Shown piece after piece: positions 1-9,851 of a stretch of 64,000 bases of DNA. Each line of letters starts with the position of its first letter. Position 1 is the first letter of the stretch. The DNA is taken from sequence record OR836606.1; one strand, written 5' to 3'. The notes under the pieces were generated by a model. It did no database searches. It was given only the letters and a program-made list of their open reading frames with translations, and was not told the DNA's origin. The DNA is from Staphylococcus phage LY01. Made by a program: the position numbers and the translations under genes.

Positions 1-461
1 TGAAAGTCTTCTTCAATTTCAAATATAGATAAATCCATTCCTAAGTGACTTAACATTTTCAATTGAGAATCTTCTTTATTTCTTAGCATTCTAAATTCAA
101 TTAAATGTCCATGAGCTACATGGATAACTTCATGTAGGAATATAGAAACTATTTCTTCATCTTTATCAACCATAGTAGCTAATAATACTGGATTAATGCC
201 AATCTTATAACCTTTTTCTTCATCAAATACTGAAAAAGTTGGTTCTGGAACCTCAATATCAATAATCTTTTCTACAGTCATTAACATTACTCCATAAATA
301 TCAACATCGGAAGTATATAACACAAAAATACTATTTTCAATTAATTCTTTTCCAAGTTTAGTTAATTTCTTTTTATCTAATTGTCTATCATTTACAATTG
401 ATTCTTGTACTTCGTCTAATATTTCTTTTCTAATTACTTTAATTGTTCTATTATCGTTCAT
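1..461 (-). CDS. Partial CDS (N-terminal part in window) with an HExxH motif (HEVIHVAHGH); putative metallopeptidase-like partner of the adjacent MoxR ATPase (DUF2201/VWA-partner-like)
   Basis: Minus-strand ORF starting at ATG 461 with RBS AGGAG (plus-strand 471-480 cactctccta), running off the window start; translation MNDNRTIKVIRKEILDEV...IFLHEVIHVAHGHLIEF. Confidence 0.45.
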   Translation of the reverse strand, partial: MNDNRTIKVIRKEILDEVQESIVNDRQLDKKKLTKLGKELIENSIFVLYTSDVDIYGVMLMTVEKIIDIEVPEPTFSVFDEEKGYKIGINPVLLATMVDKDEEIVSIFLHEVIHVAHGHLIEFRMLRNKEDSQLKMLSHLGMDLSIFEIEEDF

Positions 462-536
462 TATCAAATTCACTCTCCTAATTATAAAAAATAAATGAAG
501 ATAATGGAGACTAATAATCTCCATTATCTATAATTA

Positions 537-2087
537 TTAACCTAAGCTTCCCACCATTTGTTCATATAGTGCAAATGCTTTATCACTGTATAATTCATTA
601 TCAGTGAATTTTTCATATAATTCTTGGTCTGACTCTTCAGTAGATTCTGAAAGTCTAGAAATTAATCTAATTGGCGTAGCATTAGTTTCAACTTTACCTA
701 ATAATAAAGCTTCTACAGCAATTTGAATAACTTGTTCTTCAGTTAAATCAGGATTATTTTTAAGATAGTTAATCATTGAAGTTTTTAATGTTAATTGTCT
801 GATAGTTGATTGACTTTCAATAACTTCAATATGTTGTTTAGCTAATTCTTTACGAGGAACCATTTTACCTTTATCATATTCAAATAAAATATCACTTGGA
901 CGAGGTAATTTAGCTTGTTTTTCAATATAGAATTTAACAAATAAGTTTGCTAAATCACTATTAATTTTACCTTCAGTGAAGAATTGTAACGTATCTTTCT
1001 TTTTACGTTTTTCTTCTTCTCTATTAGAGAATTTAAATAAATCGTCTTCTTCTAATACATATAACATATTAGAAATCATTTCCCAAGAACGTGGGTTAGT
1101 ATCATTGAAATCTTTACCAGCTTCTTTTTGAGGTCTGAATAAATATTCAGTACTCTCTTTTTCTGTAATAAATTCAACAATTGAAGGATGAATATTTTGT
1201 TTTTCTGAATCGTCTTTATATTTAGTTGCAAAATCTACCCAACTTTCAATATCAGGAACCATGTGTACAAATGTAATACGTGAACTTACAGCGTTATCCA
1301 TAGAAGTTGCTGCGTATTCTGAATCTTCAAACCCTGGCATATCTGAAGACGGGTTTTGTGCTAGTGCAATTTTAACATTAGGTGGTAAATGATAACCGTT
1401 TACTTGACGTTCTAATAAGAAGTTCATTAATTCTGATTGAACTTGTTGATCTGTACGTCCAATTTCATCGATGAATAATAAAGTATAAGGTCTTGGAACT
1501 GCTTCTAAAATTTCTTTAATATAGAAACCTTTACCAATTTTATCTCTTAATTCCTTACCAGTTAAATCTACAAAAATTTCATTCAATTCATCAAACGATT
1601 TTTTCATTAAATCATTTTTATTATATTTAACATTTTTAACTCTAGCTTTGTTAAATACTTTATTAACATAGTTTTCATGAGTATCCTCATAATAATCAAC
1701 AATATCTTTACCAGTCAATTTCACATAAATCTCTTTTAATTCATCAATAGATTTTAAAGAAAGATCTTTACGTGAATATTGTTTTCCACCTTCTTTTTGA
1801 TATTCTTTGTATTTTTCAAAAAGGTCATTAGCTAATTTAATTTTATCCATTGGAGCATAGATAACTTCATTATCCTTCTGTGATAACATTGGTAAAGACA
1901 ACTCCCCTTCTTTAAGGTTATTTGCTGCAATTGTAATGAAGTTCATATTGTCCTCTTCAGCAATATCTCTCATCATTTGTGTTTTACCAATTCCTCCGTC
2001 ACCAACTACGTTAATAATTTCATCTGCTCTAAATGCAGCTCTTACCAATAATTTTGTTTGTGAGTATTTTACTTTTGCCATATCCAA
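537..2087 (-). CDS. AAA+ ATPase, MoxR-like (P-loop GDGGIGKTQ; Walker B LLFIDEIGR)
   Basis: 516-aa ORF; Walker A VVGDGGIGKT, Walker B FIDEIG, and a sensor region. Confidence 0.7.
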   Translation of the reverse strand: MDMAKVKYSQTKLLVRAAFRADEIINVVGDGGIGKTQMMRDIAEEDNMNFITIAANNLKEGELSLPMLSQKDNEVIYAPMDKIKLANDLFEKYKEYQKEGGKQYSRKDLSLKSIDELKEIYVKLTGKDIVDYYEDTHENYVNKVFNKARVKNVKYNKNDLMKKSFDELNEIFVDLTGKELRDKIGKGFYIKEILEAVPRPYTLLFIDEIGRTDQQVQSELMNFLLERQVNGYHLPPNVKIALAQNPSSDMPGFEDSEYAATSMDNAVSSRITFVHMVPDIESWVDFATKYKDDSEKQNIHPSIVEFITEKESTEYLFRPQKEAGKDFNDTNPRSWEMISNMLYVLEEDDLFKFSNREEEKRKKKDTLQFFTEGKINSDLANLFVKFYIEKQAKLPRPSDILFEYDKGKMVPRKELAKQHIEVIESQSTIRQLTLKTSMINYLKNNPDLTEEQVIQIAVEALLLGKVETNATPIRLISRLSESTEESDQELYEKFTDNELYSDKAFALYEQMVGSLG

Positions 2088-2264
2088 ATCTCTCCTTATA
2101 ATTAAAAAATTTTATTTTTGAGTATTAAGATTGATTTCATCTCAATCTCATTAAAATAATATATATTTAAAATATTAGTTGAAATTTTTAGTTTTTTATA
2201 ATATGTCTATTCGAACTTTAACATGCATTTATTATAACAAAATAAGAATGGAAGTGAAATAATT

Positions 2265-4493
2265 TTGCTTATTCGTGATGTAGGAAATAACAATATGGGT
2301 AGAAATGATGTACCTGAAATGTCTGATGAAATAGAATATTCCAAGACGAATAAAATATTACTTAATAATATATCAGAATGGTATTTGTTTGAAAAACAAG
2401 CGATCTTTAGTTTACCATTACTAAAAAAATATGAAAATGTGCTTAAAAGAGATTTAATAGATTATGATTTACCAAAATCATATCACTATAGACCTGAATA
2501 TCTATCTAATGAATTATATGGAACTACAGATCTTTGGTATCTTTTACTTTTCGTCAATGATATGCAAACAGTTGATCAATTTAATACAGATACCGTAAAA
2601 ATTTTTCCAGAGGTTGTCATTAATAGTTTAAATAAGATTATTAATGAAGAAAATGAAATACTGGGCACTGAAAATAACCCTAAACCTATTTTTAAACATA
2701 TGATGAAAAGTACTGAAGAAAAATCAGACAGAGTTACTCCGGGATATAACGATCCTAGAATTATACCATTTGTACCTGAAACTGACTTTGAAGATAAATT
2801 AGAAAATATTACTTCAGATAGATACTTAAGAGAAAGACATGAAGTTCACGAGCATAAATTCTATAGACCTGATACGGATAATAAAGATTTGGTAGAGCCA
2901 TTTACACTTAATAATGATGGTTTAAGAACTCTACCACATCTATTTTACAAAAAAGGTTTTTCACGTAAATTTCAAGGTAAAATGTATTTTAAACCGGGGG
3001 AAAGGTATTTATTTGCGCCTTTACAAAATGGTATGTCTAAATTAAAAATAACAGACCGAAAAGGTTTTAATATAATTAATGCTACAGAGAACTATCAATT
3101 TAAAGCACCTACAGCTATATTTGATTTAAGAAAAGCTAATGATGAAGATGTAAGTCATTCTAATCTTGAATCAACAAGATTATCTTCAGTAAGTTTTAAT
3201 CAAGAAACCGGTTTATATGAAGTTAAAGGAGATATTTTAAGTAAATCTGATAAAGAAGATGAAAATTCTGCATCATTTGTTAAAATAACTTTAGATGATG
3301 AAAATGAAAATCCTAGAATGAATATTAAACGTTTATTAAATTATGATTTCTTTGCATTTAATATGGGGTATTCTACGAACTTTAAAGATAATAATCACCC
3401 TACGGCTAAATTAGTTTATGATATCACATTAACATCAAATACTGGTAAAGTTAAAAAAGTAAAGAATATATTCCCTTCAAATAATAAAAATTATAACACA
3501 CAAGGTCAAAAATCATATCTTAAACATATGATGTACAATATAAAGAATATTAAGAAAATGGAAATAGAAGTTAAATTAACAGATTTCATTGATAATGTTG
3601 ATCCAAATGAAATAATTCAAGTTAGTTTAGATGAATTTGAAATTGCAGGAGTTAGTCATAAAGAATTCGATAATACATTTATTGTAACTAAGGAAGATTG
3701 GTATAATATCGAGCTAGAATATAATTATTCACTTAAAAATCCAGATGGGTCGGATTATTTCTATGATGAAAGTAGATCAGGAATATATTTTAATCCTATG
3801 ATAGTTGCATTGAGATCATATGGTACATTTCCTGTAAAAACTCAAACTTATACTGGATTTTATAATAAAACTTTATCTAAACAATCGTTAGGTAATTATG
3901 GGTATATTAGTTTCATGGAAGGAACAACTAAATTTGATGATGACGCATTGAACTATGTGTATAGTCAAAACTTTAAATTCCCTAAAAATTACATTATGAC
4001 ATTTAAATTAATTAATAAGAATAAAACTGGCGGAGCAGGAATTGTATTCGATTATAATACTCAACTTAATTCAGGTTATATGTTTTGGATATCTTCTCAA
4101 CAAGAAAATTGGGATGTTCCTTACTTTGATTTGAATGATGAAGATGTTATGACAGATCCTGACCGTATCATGAAAACTGGTTTCTATGAAATTGATAAAG
4201 TATTTGGAAAACCTAAAGAATTATTCCAAGATGAATCAGAAAAACAATTATTTGTTACTAATCACGTTCCATTGGATATTAATAATAAATATATTAAAAT
4301 AATTAAAAATGAAAATAGAATTAGAGTATTCATAGATAAGAATAAAAATTTTAATTACCGTAAACCAGATATCGATATTAAAGATATTGAAAATATCAAT
4401 ATGGAAGGTAAAATGGGTTTCATTTCTGCATTTTCAGGTTTAGAAGTCCAATTCGATAGTTATTATGAATATAAAGATAAATATGATGACTAA
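2265..4493 (+). CDS. Hypothetical protein (742 aa, N/K-rich); start may be TTG 2265 or ATG 2295
   Basis: Long uninterrupted ORF; AGGAAA RBS before ATG 2295. Confidence 0.55.
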   Translation: MLIRDVGNNNMGRNDVPEMSDEIEYSKTNKILLNNISEWYLFEKQAIFSLPLLKKYENVLKRDLIDYDLPKSYHYRPEYLSNELYGTTDLWYLLLFVNDMQTVDQFNTDTVKIFPEVVINSLNKIINEENEILGTENNPKPIFKHMMKSTEEKSDRVTPGYNDPRIIPFVPETDFEDKLENITSDRYLRERHEVHEHKFYRPDTDNKDLVEPFTLNNDGLRTLPHLFYKKGFSRKFQGKMYFKPGERYLFAPLQNGMSKLKITDRKGFNIINATENYQFKAPTAIFDLRKANDEDVSHSNLESTRLSSVSFNQETGLYEVKGDILSKSDKEDENSASFVKITLDDENENPRMNIKRLLNYDFFAFNMGYSTNFKDNNHPTAKLVYDITLTSNTGKVKKVKNIFPSNNKNYNTQGQKSYLKHMMYNIKNIKKMEIEVKLTDFIDNVDPNEIIQVSLDEFEIAGVSHKEFDNTFIVTKEDWYNIELEYNYSLKNPDGSDYFYDESRSGIYFNPMIVALRSYGTFPVKTQTYTGFYNKTLSKQSLGNYGYISFMEGTTKFDDDALNYVYSQNFKFPKNYIMTFKLINKNKTGGAGIVFDYNTQLNSGYMFWISSQQENWDVPYFDLNDEDVMTDPDRIMKTGFYEIDKVFGKPKELFQDESEKQLFVTNHVPLDINNKYIKIIKNENRIRVFIDKNKNFNYRKPDIDIKDIENINMEGKMGFISAFSGLEVQFDSYYEYKDKYDD

Positions 4494-4513
4494 AAGCAGT
4501 ATAATTGAGGTAA

Positions 4514-4552
4514 TGACATATAATTTGTCATTACCTCTTATTTTTTGCTAAA
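4514..4552. terminator. Bidirectional rho-independent terminator between convergent genes
   Basis: 12-bp stem gaggtaatgaca/tgtcattacctc followed by ttatttttt. Confidence 0.6.
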
Positions 4553-4559
4553 TCAACTT

Positions 4560-4784
4560 TTATTTCATATTTTTTCTAACTAAATAATCTTTTATTTCTT
4601 TAATGTCATATTTTTTAGATACTTCAAACATAAGTTCTCTAAGTTCTTTTAATTCTTTTTCTAGAGAATATTCTTCTTTATCTTTTAATATATCTTTTTC
4701 TACTTGCTTAGCGAATCTAAGTTGCATTCTTGAATAAAGTTCATCCATAGAAGAACCATTATCATTAAAAATATCTGGATTCAT
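4560..4784 (-). CDS. Small hypothetical protein (74 aa)
   Basis: ORF in a co-directional small-gene cluster. Confidence 0.45.
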   Translation of the reverse strand: MNPDIFNDNGSSMDELYSRMQLRFAKQVEKDILKDKEEYSLEKELKELRELMFEVSKKYDIKEIKDYLVRKNMK

Positions 4785-4789
4785 AACTG

Positions 4790-5071
4790 TTATTTCCCTC
4801 CATTTTTATATAATAATCTATTATATCGGGATTTTATGCTTCTGTTATTAATTTTTTCTTTAGATAAAGCTTCTTTTAGCTCTTTAATTTTTCTTTCTTT
4901 TTCTTTATTATCTTCAACAACTTTACTAGCCAAAGATAAAGCTTTATCAACTCTATTATTTAAATTATAAAATTTCTCTTCTGCTTTCTTAGTTCTAGCT
5001 ATAGTTTTCTTTACCGTATTGATAAATTCTTCTGAACTAATTATTCTTTTAATAGCATTCATATACTTCAT
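4790..5071 (-). CDS. Small hypothetical coiled-coil protein (93 aa)
   Basis: ORF, K/E-rich. Confidence 0.45.
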   Translation of the reverse strand: MKYMNAIKRIISSEEFINTVKKTIARTKKAEEKFYNLNNRVDKALSLASKVVEDNKEKERKIKELKEALSKEKINNRSIKSRYNRLLYKNGGK

Positions 5072-5075
5072 TCCT

Positions 5076-5351
5076 TTATTTAAGATTATCTCTGATAAAA
5101 TTCTTTAAATACTTTTTAGTTACTTCAGAATGTGAATTTAATTCGTTAGAAAGACGAACTAATTCTAGTTTCACTTCATTCAATTTCTTTTCATTAGTTT
5201 GATTAGAACTTTCTATTCTATTAATTAATGTACATATGATATCATTTAAATAATGATAATTATCTTTCATAGTATTTAATTTAATTTCATTCATTCTAGT
5301 ACGTTCTTCTAATTCGTCCATACGCTTAATTAAACTTTTTTCATTATTCAA
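5076..5351 (-). CDS. Small hypothetical coiled-coil protein (91 aa)
   Basis: ORF. Confidence 0.45.
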   Translation of the reverse strand: MNNEKSLIKRMDELEERTRMNEIKLNTMKDNYHYLNDIICTLINRIESSNQTNEKKLNEVKLELVRLSNELNSHSEVTKKYLKNFIRDNLK

Positions 5352-5371
5352 AATAAAATCACATCTCTTTA

Positions 5372-5620
5372 TTATTTAAAGTTTTCTTTAACAATTTCGT
5401 TAGACAATTTATTTATATAATCATTCTTAAATTCTGTATGCTTAGAAATTGACACTATTGCTTCTTTAAGAAGTTTATTTTCTTTTTTAAGATTTTCATT
5501 ATATGCATAAAGATTATTTACAGCTTTATTTAATTTTTCAATTTCAAAATTAAGACGATCTAAATTAGCTATGCTCCTAAATTCAATAGTTTTCAATTTT
5601 TCTTTAATTTCTTTATCCAT
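5372..5620 (-). CDS. Small hypothetical coiled-coil protein (82 aa)
   Basis: ORF. Confidence 0.45.
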   Translation of the reverse strand: MDKEIKEKLKTIEFRSIANLDRLNFEIEKLNKAVNNLYAYNENLKKENKLLKEAIVSISKHTEFKNDYINKLSNEIVKENFK

Positions 5621-5632
5621 TTTTAATCACCC

Positions 5633-6088
5633 TTATTTAATTAATTTAAATAAATTACGTCCAAATTCCTTATACTTTTTATTTTCTAATATACTGAAAT
5701 CAACTAAGCTGCTATCAACTCTAAGTAAATATATTGAATCATCTTTTTTATTTTTATTATTTAATATAAAACTTCCAAAATAGATATTACCTTCATTAGG
5801 TTTTTCTTTTTTAACGTTTACTGCATTTTCATTAAATTCAAATTTATAAATGAAACCTAGTAATTGTATTGGACCGTTTTTAAATATATGATAATCGAAA
5901 TTATTTTCAAATTTATGGTCTTCATTATTAATTTTCTCAATTAATTCATCTTTAATAACTTCATTATAAAAAGATTCATCCACTTGACTTAATGGCCTTA
6001 AATATGATTCTTCATCTACCTTTGGTTCTAACATTTTAATTTTTTGATCTAAAGTTAATTCTTTGGCAATAACTTTTTCATTTGACAT
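5633..6088 (-). CDS. Hypothetical protein (151 aa)
   Basis: ORF. Confidence 0.5.
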   Translation of the reverse strand: MSNEKVIAKELTLDQKIKMLEPKVDEESYLRPLSQVDESFYNEVIKDELIEKINNEDHKFENNFDYHIFKNGPIQLLGFIYKFEFNENAVNVKKEKPNEGNIYFGSFILNNKNKKDDSIYLLRVDSSLVDFSILENKKYKEFGRNLFKLIK

Positions 6089-6276
6089 TATTTTAAATTC
6101 TCCTTAACAATTTCATTTACTATTTTATTTAATTCCTTTTCATCATAACCACTATTCTTTTTAATATTAATTATAAATTTTTTTAATTCTTTATTTTCTT
6201 CTTTTATCTTATTTGTATAGAAATTATCTATGCTCATGGAAATACCTTTTGAATTTACGTTTATAATTGAAGACAT
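6088..6276 (-). CDS. Small hypothetical protein (62 aa)
   Basis: ORF overlapping the upstream stop. Confidence 0.4.
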   Translation of the reverse strand: MSSIINVNSKGISMSIDNFYTNKIKEENKELKKFIINIKKNSGYDEKELNKIVNEIVKENLK

Positions 6277-6288
6277 CTTAAATTCCCC

Positions 6289-6552
6289 TTACATGAATTT
6301 TTTATTTAAATCTTTATAAATTAATTTTTTTAATTCTTTTCTATCATATTTATTTTCTTGATATAGTTTAAAAAGGAAACGATTGAGTTCCCTATTCTCT
6401 TCTTTAAGTTTATTAATCTCATCAATTTTATCTCGCCCTGATAAATTTCTACCTATACTATTTATATTTTTAGAAATATTATTCATTGCTGCTTGTAAAT
6501 GATTTTTATTAATTTTACTACTCGCATTATTATTATTATTATTATTATCCAC
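6289..6552 (-). CDS. Small hypothetical protein (87 aa) with a poly-Asn tract
   Basis: ORF. Confidence 0.45.
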   Translation of the reverse strand: MDNNNNNNNASSKINKNHLQAAMNNISKNINSIGRNLSGRDKIDEINKLKEENRELNRFLFKLYQENKYDRKELKKLIYKDLNKKFM

Positions 6553-6572
6553 TTATATCATCCTTATACATA

Positions 6573-7799
6573 TTATTGAACTACAATCAAATTCTTTTTA
6601 GCACGAGTGATAGCTGTGTATAATGACTTAAATCTATCTTTACTCATATTTTCACTAAATACTATTACATTATCAAATTCAGAACCTTGAGATTTATGAA
6701 TAGTGATTCCGTATGCAAAATTAAATGGATTTACTTTCATACCAAAATCAGACATCTCAGTTACATATCGTTTCTTAAATATTTTATTAATTTCATTATC
6801 TCTGTGTCTTAGATCAAATAATTCTTGTTGATCTCCAATAGTGCCTTCAAAAATTAAATCATCATAATATATTCTACTAAATCTTTCCTTTTCAAAACCT
6901 TTAGGTTTAAAATCCATTTGAGTTGATTTAGTCATAGGTTTTTTCTTACCAGATCTAGTTATATTTCCAATTAGACCGTTAGTTAAATATTGAGTTATAT
7001 CACCTTCATTAACTACTTTAGACCAATTATTTTTTAAACACATAATTTTTTCATCCTCTTTAGGGAATGGATTATTTTCAACATCGATATTTAATATTTG
7101 ACTTCTATAGAATCTATTAAATTGATCTACCGTTCTATTATAGCTCATTAAAACTTGATCTGCATTCTTATACATGTCTAAAGTTAATTCATCTGAAGTA
7201 ATTACATGTACATTATCTCCATAAGAACCGTATTCTAAATCTTTACCATTACGAACTAAATTAGCTGCAACAAGTATAGGATTATCTAATGACTGTCTTA
7301 CTGGTTCATCTAAGAATATGTCAGGTTTATCTAATAATTCATTTCTTCCTGATAAGCTTTTAAGCTGTGCGGGGTCTCCTAAACAAAGTATAGGTATACC
7401 AAAACTTTGAATTTCTTCTATCATCTTCATAGGAACCATTGAAACTTCGTCTATGATTATTAACTTAATATCACTTGGTAACTCATCTTTTAATGTAAAA
7501 TTTACTTTACCAGTTTTCTCATCCATAAAATGATTATAAATAGTTCTATGGATTGTAGTTGCATTTAATCCTCTTTTGACTAACACACCTGCAGCCATTC
7601 CTGTATATGCTATAAAAGAAACATTAGCTTCATGTAAACCTAAAGAATCGATTATTTTAGTCATTGTATAGGACTTCCCACTTCCAGCGATGCCTGATAA
7701 TACAAAAGGTCTATGACTATCATTATTATACCATTCTTTAGCTAATCTTAACCCTTCTTCTTGTTTTTTATTTAACCCCATTATCTTAATACACCTCAA
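6573..7799 (-). CDS. SF1 DNA helicase, Dda/RecD-like
   Basis: Walker A GIAGSGKSYT, Walker B LIIIDEVSMV, RecD-like motif ITIHKSQGSEFDNVIV. Confidence 0.85.
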   Translation of the reverse strand: MRCIKIMGLNKKQEEGLRLAKEWYNNDSHRPFVLSGIAGSGKSYTMTKIIDSLGLHEANVSFIAYTGMAAGVLVKRGLNATTIHRTIYNHFMDEKTGKVNFTLKDELPSDIKLIIIDEVSMVPMKMIEEIQSFGIPILCLGDPAQLKSLSGRNELLDKPDIFLDEPVRQSLDNPILVAANLVRNGKDLEYGSYGDNVHVITSDELTLDMYKNADQVLMSYNRTVDQFNRFYRSQILNIDVENNPFPKEDEKIMCLKNNWSKVVNEGDITQYLTNGLIGNITRSGKKKPMTKSTQMDFKPKGFEKERFSRIYYDDLIFEGTIGDQQELFDLRHRDNEINKIFKKRYVTEMSDFGMKVNPFNFAYGITIHKSQGSEFDNVIVFSENMSKDRFKSLYTAITRAKKNLIVVQ

Positions 7800-8125
7800 T
7801 CAAATTTATTATATTTTTAAACGTCATTGATCTTTAATTAATATAAATTGGTTATTCAGATTTTATAAAATTTTTACTTATAAATTTTTAAAATTCTGTA
7901 CTAATATATTACTTATATTAGTAAGTAATTATAAATTTAATAATTAGTATTAATATAAATATTATTAATAAATATATTTTTAATTAATAAAATATATTAA
8001 TACTTTGGATCATAGAAAACTCTAATAATAAAAATTTATAAACTTCAATTAATAATATAAATATATATTATTTTAATGGAGTTAGTAAGAATATTAACTT
8101 CAAATAATTTTATATAAGGAGAGAT
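7800..8125. promoter_or_regulatory. Divergent AT-rich intergenic control region with inverted repeats
   Basis: 12-bp arms agtattaatata ... tatattaatact (~7941-8003) and palindrome ttactta-tattag-taagtaa; separates a minus-strand and a plus-strand gene block. Confidence 0.4.
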
Positions 8126-9016
8126 TTGGATATGGCAATTACAAGAAAGAAAATTACAAAAGAAAAAGAGGATTTAACTGTATTAGAATCGGCTAAGATC
8201 AAATTATCAGAGGAACAAGGATATGAGGGAGATACAATTACATTTGATATCGAAACTATTCCAGAGAAATATGACAGAAAGAATTTAGTTTTAATCCCTG
8301 AAGATGATAATGTTATTAAGATTAATTATGATAAAAAAGAAATTTTCATCAATTCAGATGAACTTAAAGATGTTGAAATTAATCTTAAAGATATTCCAAC
8401 AGAAAGTTCTTATGATAAAGTAACTGTAACAGCTTCAGGTATAAATCCAGAAAAAGCAAAAGAAATTAAGCAAAAAGAAACTAAGCAAGAAGAAGTTAAA
8501 GAAGAAGTTAAGAATCCAGTATTAAAAGAGAAAAAACAAAGTACAAAAGCTAAATCAAATCAGAAGGTTGGTAAAAAGAAAATGACTAATAAAAAGAAGA
8601 ATGTTAAAAAATTCAGTGAGAAATCTTATACTAAAGAAGAACTTATTAACGACTTATTATTAAATCTAGAAGAGAATGAATATTCTAAAAAAGAATTAAG
8701 TGATATTATTAATAAAATTGATGAACTTAGAGAAAATGCATTAGTTAAAGGTAAAACAGTAACTATGAAAAATGTACATTTCTCTCGTAAATTAGTTAAA
8801 GGTCGTATTCATAACGCTAAAATGGAAACAATTAAACAAGCATCATTTGTACCACCTCATATTGCTATGGTAGCTAAAGTGGAAAATGAAGATAAAAAAG
8901 TAATTAAAGGTGAAGAAATTAATAAAGATAACTTTAAAACAGATGATGGTAAAGATATTAAAGTTTCAGATGTCAATGCCAAATATGAAGAAGAATACAA
9001 AAAACGTTTTAGATAA
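8126..9016 (+). CDS. Hypothetical Lys/Glu-rich protein (likely start ATG 8132 with RBS AAGGAGAG)
   Basis: ORF with RBS. Confidence 0.6.
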   Translation: MDMAITRKKITKEKEDLTVLESAKIKLSEEQGYEGDTITFDIETIPEKYDRKNLVLIPEDDNVIKINYDKKEIFINSDELKDVEINLKDIPTESSYDKVTVTASGINPEKAKEIKQKETKQEEVKEEVKNPVLKEKKQSTKAKSNQKVGKKKMTNKKKNVKKFSEKSYTKEELINDLLLNLEENEYSKKELSDIINKIDELRENALVKGKTVTMKNVHFSRKLVKGRIHNAKMETIKQASFVPPHIAMVAKVENEDKKVIKGEEINKDNFKTDDGKDIKVSDVNAKYEEEYKKRFR

Positions 9017-9030
9017 GACCAATTAAAAAT

Positions 9031-9699
9031 ATGGGGGAATTGTCAATGAAACATTTTTATAAGAAAAGAGAATCTATTGAATTAGATTTAAAAGCTATGT
9101 ATACAAATCATGTAGATGTAATTTCTCGTTACGATTTTGGTGATGAGGAGTTACATCAAATGGTAGATAGATTCATACCTCAAATAGTTGAAGAAATTCA
9201 TGAATTCAATTATGAAATAAATCAAATTACTAATAATCCTGAATGCAATCAATCTCGAAAGTTTGAATATATTAATAATGCATCAAAAGAATTATTAGAT
9301 ATTGTCCTTTACTTAATATCTATCAATTCAACATTATTAAGTAAGTATATGGACAATAAATTTCTTCAAAAAGATATTATCAATTATAATGAGACTCTCC
9401 TTTTAGCTAACGATAAAAGTATTAATGATTATAATAGACTTAATGGTATTAAAATGAAATTGAATGAATATTTAGTTGAATATATGGGATTGATTAGACG
9501 TTCATTACCTAATAGAAAATATCATCAAGATAAAGAAGAAATTAGTCAAGAAGAACAAAATAAAATAGTGAATAATTCATTTTATATCACTCACAAAATG
9601 ATCGTATCTTTATTAGATACATTATTTACTAATTTAGTTTATACTAAAAATCTAGATGATGTATTGAATAAAATACAAGATGTAGTTAAAAATAAATAA
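9031..9699 (+). CDS. Hypothetical protein (likely start ATG 9046, MKHFYKK, after GGGGGA RBS)
   Basis: ORF. Confidence 0.6.
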   Translation: MGELSMKHFYKKRESIELDLKAMYTNHVDVISRYDFGDEELHQMVDRFIPQIVEEIHEFNYEINQITNNPECNQSRKFEYINNASKELLDIVLYLISINSTLLSKYMDNKFLQKDIINYNETLLLANDKSINDYNRLNGIKMKLNEYLVEYMGLIRRSLPNRKYHQDKEEISQEEQNKIVNNSFYITHKMIVSLLDTLFTNLVYTKNLDDVLNKIQDVVKNK

Positions 9700-9707
9700 T
9701 ATTAATT

Positions 9708-9772
9708 CATCCTAACACATTTAGTCCTTAACTGGATTATTTGTGTTAGGATGAATATTTTATTTTTTTTTT
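9708..9772 (+). terminator. Rho-independent terminator
   Basis: Stem catcctaacaca/tgtgttaggatg followed by a T-run tttatttttttttt. Confidence 0.65.
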
Positions 9773-9851
9773 ATCTTTTAATTTAATCTATATGATTCTG
9801 ATAGAAACATATATGTATTAAGAAAATCATGTTAGGGGGGAATTATGAAAC

